From: Planctomycetaceae bacterium
GTDB taxonomy: Bacteria > Planctomycetota > Planctomycetia > Pirellulales > Thermoguttaceae
Direction: 5' to 3'
Length of the DNA stretch: 37,709 nt
Assembly (NCBI GenBank): GCA_009783865.1
Contig: WRCR01000001.1
Location: 1-37,709 of the forward strand
Positions 1 through 7,138 of this stretch are shown here, in pieces (the stretch's first letter is position 1; each line of letters starts with the position of its first letter). A program made the translations under genes and the position numbers. The notes below the pieces were generated by a model. The model did not search any database. It saw nothing but the letters and a program-made list of their open reading frames with translations, and had not been told where the DNA came from.

Positions 1-568
1 CTTCTTCGTAAAGCATGCGGATACGCTCGTATGTTTCGCTTGGAGTTGCGTAGCCGACGGTATCCGGTATATTGACAGTGGAAGCACCGGCGGCAATGAC
101 GGCTTCGACAACCCGGCAAAGATGTTCCCCTTCGGTTCTTGCGGCATCTTCGGCGGAGAACTCGACATCATCGCAAAACTGTCGGGCGTACTTCACACCG
201 GCGATTGCTTTTTCGACGTTTTCTTCTGTTGTATGTTTGAGTTTATATTCACGGTGTATCGGACTGGTTGCCAAAAAGACGTGGATGCGCGGCTGTTCTG
301 CGGACTTTAACGAAGCGGCTGCGGCTTCAATATCTTTTTCGACACATCGGGCAAGAGAGCAGACGCTGACACCGCGGACGGTTTGGGCGACTTTTTCGAT
401 GGATTCAAAGTCGCCGGGCGAAGCAATAGCGAAACCCGCTTCGATGATGTCAACGCCGAGTTCGGACAGCGCAACGGCGACCTGTAATTTTTCGTTGAGG
501 TTCATGCTTGCACCCGGCGATTGTTCTCCGTCCCGCAGGGTGGTATCGAAAATCTTGATAGTTCTCAT
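1..568 (-). CDS. leuA: 2-isopropylmalate synthase, N-terminal part (gene continues off the left edge)
   Basis: The reverse complement of 566-568 is ATG. Translation reads [60 protein letters not shown]...[24 protein letters not shown] with no stop down to base 1. DTTLRDGEQ and IPDTVGY are hallmarks of the LeuA/HMGL DRE-TIM family. It is absent from the ORF track because it is open at the window edge. Confidence 0.85.
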   Translation of the reverse strand, partial: MRTIKIFDTTLRDGEQSPGASMNLNEKLQVAVALSELGVDIIEAGFAIASPGDFESIEKVAQTVRGVSVCSLARCVEKDIEAAAASLKSAEQPRIHVFLATSPIHREYKLKHTTEENVEKAIAGVKYARQFCDDVEFSAEDAARTEGEHLCRVVEAVIAAGASTVNIPDTVGYATPSETYERIRMLYEE

Positions 569-791
569 TGTATCGTGAATTGAAAATCGTAAAATGTGTT
601 ACGGTTGGCATGATAACAGGTTTGGCGGAATTTGCAATTCCGATGCGGGAAAGATTCGAAGGAGTTATCAATTCCTGCGAAATTTTGCACTTCCGCCAAA
701 GTGGCACTTTTTGCTATTGCCAGCATTTTCAAGTGTGTTATTATCTCCGCTACTGAAGCAGCATACCTCAAGAACCATTGGAAAAGATGCC

Positions 792-1385
792 ATGAACCTT
801 TCGTCGAATACTTTTGAGCATGAATCAACCGAACTACCGGTTTCACTGTTGAAGCCGACTCCGAACAATCCGAGGAAACGCGATAAACGAAGTCTCCGCG
901 AAATTGCAAAGTCAATCAAAAAGTTCGGCTTTGTCCAACCGATTGTCACCGACAAAGAATACAACATTATTATCGGACACGGACGTTTTGCAGCAGCAAA
1001 GCATCTTGGATACAAAACCGTTCCTGTTATCATTGCTAAAGGTCTAACGGAACAGCAACACAAACAATTACAAATTTCTGACAACCGCTTGTCCGAATTG
1101 TCGAGTTGGAACGATAGATTACTTGCCGAGATGCTCGAAGAAATGAATAACACGGCTCCTTTTGAAATACCTGGATATGATGCCAAAGACATCGAAAAAA
1201 TATTGGGAATTTCAGATTATCAACAGGCATTACGTGAATTACCGCCGCTATGCGCCGAACTTCCTGTCTATGAAGAATACCATCTTTTGATCAGTTGCAC
1301 ACGCGAACATTATGACCGATTTGTCGCTTTACGGGATTCACTTAAACATGAAACTTGGTGCGAATTAGAGGAGGCTTCTCGATGA
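792..1385 (+). CDS. ParB/Srx-fold (ParB-like nuclease domain) protein, 197 aa
   Basis: Track ORF 594..1385 trimmed to ATG 792 (MNLSSNTF...). NPRKRDKRSLREIAKSIKKFGFVQPIVTDKEYNIIIGHGRFAAAKHLGYKTVPVII shows the ParB-box GxxRxxA pattern. It resembles the ParB domain found fused to N6/N4 DNA methylases of phages and plasmids. The TGA stop overlaps the next ATG (ATGA at 1382-1385). Confidence 0.75.
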   Translation: MNLSSNTFEHESTELPVSLLKPTPNNPRKRDKRSLREIAKSIKKFGFVQPIVTDKEYNIIIGHGRFAAAKHLGYKTVPVIIAKGLTEQQHKQLQISDNRLSELSSWNDRLLAEMLEEMNNTAPFEIPGYDAKDIEKILGISDYQQALRELPPLCAELPVYEEYHLLISCTREHYDRFVALRDSLKHETWCELEEASR

Positions 1386-1948
1386 CTTTGACAAAAACTG
1401 ACAATGACAATCTATCGAAAAAATTATCTATCCGCTTATTTGCAATAGACCGACTCCAAAAGTCCGAAACGGAACCTATCCGCGTTTTAGATTGTTTTGC
1501 TGGTGATGGATTGCTTTGGCATTACCTGAAGAAAGAGTCAGGGCATCTCATTAAACATGTCGGCATTGACACTTTGCCAAAGCAAGGTGCTCTCTATCTT
1601 GGTGACAATCGTCGGTATCTCCATCGTCTGTCGATTGACAATTACGATTTGATAGACATTGATGCATACGGGGTACCTTACTGCCAAATGAAAATCCTTG
1701 CAGAACACAACTACCGCGGCATTGTGGTAGGAACGTTCATTCAGTGTGTTTACGGCGGTCTTCCGTATGCGATGCTTGAAGACATCGGCTATTCCCGACC
1801 AATGGTCCAAAAAATAACAAAATTATTTTTCAGTAAAGGTTGGAACAAATGTGCGGCATTTCTTCGGCTTCTCGGTTATGAAGAGGTTTATGTTTACCAT
1901 TGTGCCAACAAGCATTATTTCTGTTGCATTCCAACAAATAACGGATAA
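1382..1948 (+). CDS. small class-I SAM-methyltransferase-fold protein (Trm1/RsmD-like or TcmP-like motif pattern), 188 aa
   Basis: ATG 1382 (MTLTKTDND...) is translationally coupled to the ParB-like gene. VLDCFAGDGLLW is a motif I-like D-x-F-x-G-x-G. LIDIDAYGVPY resembles the D-x-D-P-[FY]-G motif of Trm1-type enzymes and, from memory only, of TcmP partner proteins. Family assignment needs an HMM search. Confidence 0.5.
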   Translation: MTLTKTDNDNLSKKLSIRLFAIDRLQKSETEPIRVLDCFAGDGLLWHYLKKESGHLIKHVGIDTLPKQGALYLGDNRRYLHRLSIDNYDLIDIDAYGVPYCQMKILAEHNYRGIVVGTFIQCVYGGLPYAMLEDIGYSRPMVQKITKLFFSKGWNKCAAFLRLLGYEEVYVYHCANKHYFCCIPTNNG

Positions 1949-1995
1949 AATGCTGTCGTGAAAAAAATTGTAATTCACTGCGTTACGGAGTCCTT

Positions 1996-2721
1996 ATGTC
2001 GATAATCTACGCACCGCGCGGCAAAGCATTGGAATACAGCGATTTGGCGGCAAATCTATACACCGGCTGTTCGCACGGGTGCCGATACTGCTACTGTCCA
2101 GCAATTCTACGGATGAAACTCGACGAATGGACAAACGATCCGAAACCGCGACGGGATATTTTGAACCAACTCGACCGCAATGCCGCAAAGATACACGGCG
2201 ACAAACGGGAAATCCTGCTCAGTTTTATGAGCGACCCGTATCACAGTGACGGTGCCGCTATAGTTACCCGCCAAGCATTATTGATTTTAGAACGGCACGG
2301 CTTGCAGGTTCAGGTTCTCACGAAAGGCGGCAAACGGAGTATCGGCGACTTCGACATCTTGGCACGTAACAACTGGAAGTTCGGTTCGACTATCATTTTT
2401 CGTAACGAAAAACTACGTGAAAAATGGGAACCCGGTGCCACTCCGATTGATGAACGAATCGAAACGGTTCGGGAAGCCCATCGGCAAAGAATTTTCACTT
2501 GGGTATCGGTAGAACCGGTTGTCGATGCCGACGAAGCCCTTGCCGTCATGCGGGAACTGCGGGATGTTGTAGACCTCTGGAAGGTTGGCAAACTGAATCA
2601 CGACAAGGAACGCGAAGCCGCTATCGACTGGAAGAAGTTTCTGGACGATACCGAAAAAGTCCTCGCCGGAAAGAAGTTTATCATCAAGAAAGACCTCGAA
2701 AAATTCCGAGATAAGTCGTAA
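1996..2721 (+). CDS. radical SAM protein, 241 aa (small COG1533/SplB-like or DUF5131-like type)
   Basis: LYTGCSHGCRYCYC contains the canonical CxxxCxxC 4Fe-4S/SAM motif near the N-terminus. The downstream landmarks ILLSFMSDPYH, VQVLTKGG and WVSVEPVV follow the order seen in small phage- or repair-type radical SAM enzymes. GGAG at 1987-1990 lies 5 nt before the ATG. Confidence 0.8.
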   Translation: MSIIYAPRGKALEYSDLAANLYTGCSHGCRYCYCPAILRMKLDEWTNDPKPRRDILNQLDRNAAKIHGDKREILLSFMSDPYHSDGAAIVTRQALLILERHGLQVQVLTKGGKRSIGDFDILARNNWKFGSTIIFRNEKLREKWEPGATPIDERIETVREAHRQRIFTWVSVEPVVDADEALAVMRELRDVVDLWKVGKLNHDKEREAAIDWKKFLDDTEKVLAGKKFIIKKDLEKFRDKS

Positions 2722-2761
2722 GTGGTGTATTTGCCGCCGACCGCCGTGCAACAAAGTGCTT

Positions 2762-3523
2762 TTAATTTTCAATACTAAATTTCGCAGACCGTTCCAATTT
2801 TATACTGTTGTAATCCATTTCGTCTGCAAAATTAAACTGCCAAAGAGAAAAACAGTCATTTCGCCGTTCAAAGAATAAAGTTTTAACCTGTTTATTTGTA
2901 TGTTGCTGCCACTGCCGGAACGGATAAAACAACTGCCGAATTATTGTATTTGCCGTATACGAATTCTTCGCTTCAACAAGAACAACTTGATTGCGTCCTT
3001 CGTATCCCGCATCGACTTCCGTCTGCACACTTTTTGCGGTCAATTCAAATTTGCCGACACGATATGAAAACTCCGGTGTGTATTTTCGCCCTCGAATTGT
3101 CAAGACAAGCGATTCATCGTCGGCAAAAGTTCGTATCAAACTTGCAGCATAAGCAAAGTCGATGTGCTGCATTTCCGAATCGCCGATATTTGACGTATCA
3201 GGAACGAAATCCAATTTCGAGCGGTAAATTTTGACTTCATTTTCAATCGGCGGAATGTCAATATATCCTTCGCCCTTGACGATAACAAACCGTCCGTTAT
3301 GCACAGGCAAGATAAATAAACCGTTCTCAATAAACACGTCCGGTCTATCTTCCCGGCTGTCTTGCTTGCATAACACTCTAACTTCACGCTCGCCGGTTGT
3401 TGTAAAATGGGCGGTTGCTTTCTTGATTTGTTCAGCCGACAATTCAAACGGTTCGGCATCAAAGTTGTGTTTATGAATTTTATACTTATCAAAAATTGCT
3501 TTCCACGCCGTACTTGATGCCAT
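2762..3523 (-). CDS. candidate Type II restriction endonuclease (PD-(D/E)xK-like), 253 aa
   Basis: It starts 4 nt downstream of the methylase stop on the same strand. TEVDAGYEGRNQVVLVEAKN fits a D...E-x-K nuclease core. I recognise no named family by eye, so the call relies mainly on operon position behind the MTase. Confidence 0.55.
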   Translation of the reverse strand: MASSTAWKAIFDKYKIHKHNFDAEPFELSAEQIKKATAHFTTTGEREVRVLCKQDSREDRPDVFIENGLFILPVHNGRFVIVKGEGYIDIPPIENEVKIYRSKLDFVPDTSNIGDSEMQHIDFAYAASLIRTFADDESLVLTIRGRKYTPEFSYRVGKFELTAKSVQTEVDAGYEGRNQVVLVEAKNSYTANTIIRQLFYPFRQWQQHTNKQVKTLFFERRNDCFSLWQFNFADEMDYNSIKLERSAKFSIEN

Positions 3524-3527
3524 AGTA

Positions 3528-4385
3528 TTATCCTATAAGTTTTCGTTGGCTTTGCGCTTGTTCAATGCGGCTTATCGTTAATTCTAAAAATTCTTTATCA
3601 ATATCAATTCCGATATATTTCCGCTGTCCGATAATGCTTGCTGCCGCGCCGGTTGTGCCTCCGCCGTTAAAAGGGTCGAGAATAACTGAACCGGCATTCG
3701 TAGATGCTGTTATCACACGAATTAACAAAGTTAACGGCTTTTGCGTGGGATGTTTGCCGAATATCTTTTCTGACTTTGGGGCAGAATTGATACCCCAGAC
3801 CGTCCGCATTTGTTTGCCGGCGTTTTTGAATTTATCGCTTTGGTCGTTAGTACTTTTCATAGCGTCGTAATTGAAAATGTATTTTGACCTCTTGTCTTTC
3901 ACCGCCCAGATAAGTGTTTCGTGGCTATGTGCAAACGTCTTGCAAGCAAGATTCGGGGCGGCATTGGGTTTGTACCATGTTATATCGTTGAGTATATGAA
4001 ATCCTAACTTCTGCAATAGATAACCGCACTGAAAAATGTTATGGCTTGTTCCGCTAATCCAAATCGTTCCGCTCGGTTTGAGAATGCGTCGGCATTCACT
4101 AATCCATCTTTCGTGAAATTCGACATCTTGTTCGAAACCGTTGCTTTTGTCCCACTTACCTTTGTTGACCTTGACCATTTTTCCCGCTTGACAGGTAATT
4201 CCGTCATTCGACAAATGATACGGCGGGTCGGCAAAAATCATATCAACAAAACTATCGGGCAATGTCTGCATTACGGCAAGACAGTCTCCGTGATACAAAC
4301 ATATGCTGTCTGTATCATAAAAAACGTCTAACGGTATCGGCGACGATTTTAGTGTTTTCATAATAACTTGTCCAATATCTTTCAT
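3528..4385 (-). CDS. Type II beta-class DNA methyltransferase (N6-adenine likely; N4-cytosine not excluded), 285 aa
   Basis: DMIFADPPYHLSN (motif IV, DPPY) precedes VILDPFNGGGTTG (motif I, FxGxG), which is the beta permutation. GKHPTQKP and WYKPNAAPN are typical of the N6_N4_Mtase family (DpnA/MboIB/HinfI/CcrM-like, from memory). An alternative start exists at 4361 (MKTLK). Confidence 0.85.
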   Translation of the reverse strand: MKDIGQVIMKTLKSSPIPLDVFYDTDSICLYHGDCLAVMQTLPDSFVDMIFADPPYHLSNDGITCQAGKMVKVNKGKWDKSNGFEQDVEFHERWISECRRILKPSGTIWISGTSHNIFQCGYLLQKLGFHILNDITWYKPNAAPNLACKTFAHSHETLIWAVKDKRSKYIFNYDAMKSTNDQSDKFKNAGKQMRTVWGINSAPKSEKIFGKHPTQKPLTLLIRVITASTNAGSVILDPFNGGGTTGAAASIIGQRKYIGIDIDKEFLELTISRIEQAQSQRKLIG

Positions 4386-4493
4386 TATGCGCTATTTTAT
4401 GTAAATAATCAAGCGCCTCTTGCATTCCCATTTTGCTTCGGTTAAAATCATCTCGGTATTTTCGAAAACGTCCCTCTAACTCTCAATACTAAT

Positions 4494-5396
4494 ATGAAAC
4501 GGCGTGAATTTTTAGGAGCGGCAGCACTAGGAGCAAGTTGCTTAAGCGTCCCGCTATTGAACAGCAATGCGGCATCCGCACAGGAAAAGAAATCGTTCTC
4601 CGACATGGTACAGTTGACGAAAGAAATCAAATGCACCCGGCTCGGAATGGGAACCGGTATGCGCGGCGGCAATAGGATTTCCGATACCGTGCGGGCGGGA
4701 TGGAAAAAAAGCATCGAATTAATCAACTTCGCCTACGACAACGGTATTCGGTTTTACGACTGCGCCGATATGTACGGCACACATCAGATAGTTGCGGAAG
4801 CATTAAAAGACAAACCGCGTGATAGTTATACACTGGTCACCAAAGTTTGGCTTCATCCCCGCGGCGGCTTGCCCGAAAAGGAACGGTTGCCGCCGGAAGA
4901 AACCACACAGCGTTTTCTGCGGGAACTCCGTACCGATTACATCGATATACTGCAAATCCACTACATAACAACCGATGATTGGACTTCCGTCTTTGCCGAA
5001 GCAATGGAAGGTATGGAACGCATGAAAAAGAAAGGAATAATCCGCTCGCACGGCATTAGTTCGCATTCGCATCTTGCGGCGGAGATGTCCGCTAAAACGC
5101 CGTGGGTCGATACGATTCACGTCCGCATCAACAGCGAAGGAATGAACATGGACGGCGACAAAGACGATGCGAAGAAACGCGTTGCCGAATGTGTCCGTAC
5201 AACGAAATTAGCACACGATGCTGGTAAGGGAATTATCGCTATGAAGGTCTTCGGCGAAGGCAAAATGAAGGACGATGCCGAAATGCGGAAACGTTCCGTG
5301 CGTTTCGTCCGCGACTGCGGCTGCGTCGATGTGCTGATTGCCGCCTTCGATGAAAAAGAACATATCACCGAGTTTATTGAAAATTATCAATCATGA
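4494..5396 (+). CDS. aldo/keto reductase with twin-arginine (Tat) signal peptide
   Basis: The N-terminus MKRREFLGAAALGASCLSVPLLNSNAASAQ is Tat-like (RREFL). NGIRFYDCADMYGTHQIVAEALK and the SHGISSH region fit the AKR fold. Confidence 0.8.
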   Translation: MKRREFLGAAALGASCLSVPLLNSNAASAQEKKSFSDMVQLTKEIKCTRLGMGTGMRGGNRISDTVRAGWKKSIELINFAYDNGIRFYDCADMYGTHQIVAEALKDKPRDSYTLVTKVWLHPRGGLPEKERLPPEETTQRFLRELRTDYIDILQIHYITTDDWTSVFAEAMEGMERMKKKGIIRSHGISSHSHLAAEMSAKTPWVDTIHVRINSEGMNMDGDKDDAKKRVAECVRTTKLAHDAGKGIIAMKVFGEGKMKDDAEMRKRSVRFVRDCGCVDVLIAAFDEKEHITEFIENYQS

Positions 5397-6289
5397 AACA
5401 CATCGCCTTAATATCGTTTTTCGTTTGCATCTTGTTATCCGCAGCAGCGGTTTCCGCTCAGGAACTAAAACTCTGGAGCGGTACCGCGCCGGGTGAAGTT
5501 GCCGGTACCGTCGGCGAAGAAAAAGCCGAACCCGGAAAAGAATCAATACCGATAATCCTGGTCAGCAACGTCACTGTTCCGGCGTTGACCGTTTTCCAAC
5601 CGGAAGCGGACAAAGCAAACGGGACTTGCATCGTGATTTTTCCCGGCGGCGGATATAATATCCTCGCTTATAATCACGAAGGAACCGAAATCGCACAGTA
5701 TTTCAATTCGCTCGGTATTACTGCCGTTGTTGTGAAATACCGTGTTCCCCGAAGGAAGGATTTGCCGAAACATTTACCGCCGCTGCAAGACGCACAGCGT
5801 GCTATGCGGCTTGTCAAACAGAATGCGGAAGCATGGAAAATCGACCCGAAAAAAATCGGCGCAATGGGTTTTTCTGCCGGAGCGCATCTAACGATGATGC
5901 TTGCAACACATTATGACGAAAGAACTTACGAACCGCAGGACGATGCCGATAAATTGAGTGCGAGACCGGCGTTTGCTTGTCCGATTTATCTCGCTTATGC
6001 TTTGGGCGAAGACCACGGCAAGGACAACATCGATGCACCGCTTGTCGAAGAAGTAACGGTGACGAAAGAAACGCCGCCGATGTTTCTGTCCGTTACTGAT
6101 GACGACCGCGTCAATCCGATGGGCAGCGTTCAACTTTATATCGAATTACGAAAGAACAAGATTCCTTGCGAACTGCATGTTTTCGTCAAAGGCGGTCACG
6201 GCTATGGTATCCGCAGTGATAAAGGTCCCGCAGCCGAGTGGAATGTTCTTTGCGGAAAGTGGTTAAAACAAATGGGATTTATTCCGTAA
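5393..6289 (+). CDS. secreted alpha/beta-hydrolase (esterase/lipase type)
   Basis: ATGA overlap with the AKR stop. Signal peptide MKHIALISFFVCILLSAAAVSAQ. FPGGGY is an oxyanion-hole region, GFSAGAHL is the GxSxG nucleophile elbow, and there are late Asp and His candidates (DDDRVNP, GGHGYG). Confidence 0.75.
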   Translation: MKHIALISFFVCILLSAAAVSAQELKLWSGTAPGEVAGTVGEEKAEPGKESIPIILVSNVTVPALTVFQPEADKANGTCIVIFPGGGYNILAYNHEGTEIAQYFNSLGITAVVVKYRVPRRKDLPKHLPPLQDAQRAMRLVKQNAEAWKIDPKKIGAMGFSAGAHLTMMLATHYDERTYEPQDDADKLSARPAFACPIYLAYALGEDHGKDNIDAPLVEEVTVTKETPPMFLSVTDDDRVNPMGSVQLYIELRKNKIPCELHVFVKGGHGYGIRSDKGPAAEWNVLCGKWLKQMGFIP

Positions 6290-6309
6290 TCCATTAACTT
6301 GTCAATTTC

Positions 6310-7095
6310 ATGTCAAACGTTATTACCCGCGACCCCGTTTTGCGTTCCTATCCGAAATGGGATTATCCGAAGTATGAGCAGCGCGAAACCGTTGCTTTGT
6401 TTATTCCTTGTTTTATCGACCAGTTTTTTCCTTCAGCCGGTAAGGCGATGGTAAAAGTTCTTGAGAACGAAGGCATACCGCTGGAGTTTCCCGCAGAGCA
6501 GACCTGCTGCGGACAAGCGGCGTTCAACAGCGGTTATTGGGACGAAGCCCAAACCGTCATGGAACATTTCGTACAGGTATTTGACAAGTACACGTGGATA
6601 GTTACGCCGTCAACATCATGCGCAGCGATGTGCCGGGTATTCTTCGGACAACTTGCGCCGAATTCCAAAGGAGCGGAACTTGGCAAACGGGTCTTTGAAA
6701 TCAGCGAATTTCTTGTGAACTGTTTGGGGAAGAGTGATTTCGGGGCAAAGTTAGAGAAGCCGCTCAAGACGGCGTTGCACATCGGCTGTCACGGACGGCG
6801 TGAGTTGGGTATAGTCGAACAGCCGCTGCAACTTTTGCAAAACATCAAGGGAGTGGAATACACGCCGTTGCCGTATATGGAAGAATGCTGCGGCTTCGGC
6901 GGAACGTTCAGTGTGAAAATGGCGGGTACTTCGATTGCAATGGGAAAACGCAAAGTGCAGAGCATCATCGAAAGCGGCTGCGAAATTATTGCAACAGTGG
7001 ACTTGAGTTGCGCAATGCACTTCAGCGGTATAATGCAGAAAGACCCGGCGGTTAAGAACATCCCCGTCGTTCACGTTTGCGAATTACTCGTTTAG
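6310..7095 (+). CDS. CCG-domain Fe-S oxidoreductase, LutA/YkgE/GlcF-like
   Basis: Two cysteine-rich CCG motifs (AEQTCCGQAAFNSGY and MEECCGFGGTFS) plus ALFIPCFIDQFFP match the LutA/YkgE family layout. No lutB or lutC partner is adjacent. Confidence 0.7.
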   Translation: MSNVITRDPVLRSYPKWDYPKYEQRETVALFIPCFIDQFFPSAGKAMVKVLENEGIPLEFPAEQTCCGQAAFNSGYWDEAQTVMEHFVQVFDKYTWIVTPSTSCAAMCRVFFGQLAPNSKGAELGKRVFEISEFLVNCLGKSDFGAKLEKPLKTALHIGCHGRRELGIVEQPLQLLQNIKGVEYTPLPYMEECCGFGGTFSVKMAGTSIAMGKRKVQSIIESGCEIIATVDLSCAMHFSGIMQKDPAVKNIPVVHVCELLV

Positions 7096-7136
7096 CGTGC
7101 GGTTCGTAAAACCGCACGCTAAACGTAGTTTTTTTA
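7094..7136. terminator. hairpin between convergent genes (candidate intrinsic terminator)
   Basis: Perfect 11-bp stem AGCGTGCGGTT (7094-7104) / AACCGCACGCT (7110-7120) with loop CGTAA. A run of 7 T follows at 7129-7135, 8 nt after the stem, which is farther than canonical. It lies between the stop of 6310..7095 (+) and the stop of the autotransporter (-). Confidence 0.6.
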
Positions 7137-7138
7137 TA

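Noticed and set aside
72-578. 168-aa + strand ORF (and ORF 122..310) at the left edge
   Set aside because: It lies antisense to a clear leuA reading frame and has a low-complexity A/S/T-rich composition. It is a shadow ORF.
594-791. Upstream extension of the ParB-like ORF ([10 protein letters not shown]...)
   Set aside because: The extension has no domain signal and spans the palindromic intergenic DNA. The ParB homology starts after ATG 792.
541-4470. Direct repeats as island att sites (GGTATCGAAAAT near 542 versus GGTATTTTCGAAAAC near 4454)
   Set aside because: The match is short and interrupted. The left copy lies inside leuA coding sequence. No integrase is present.
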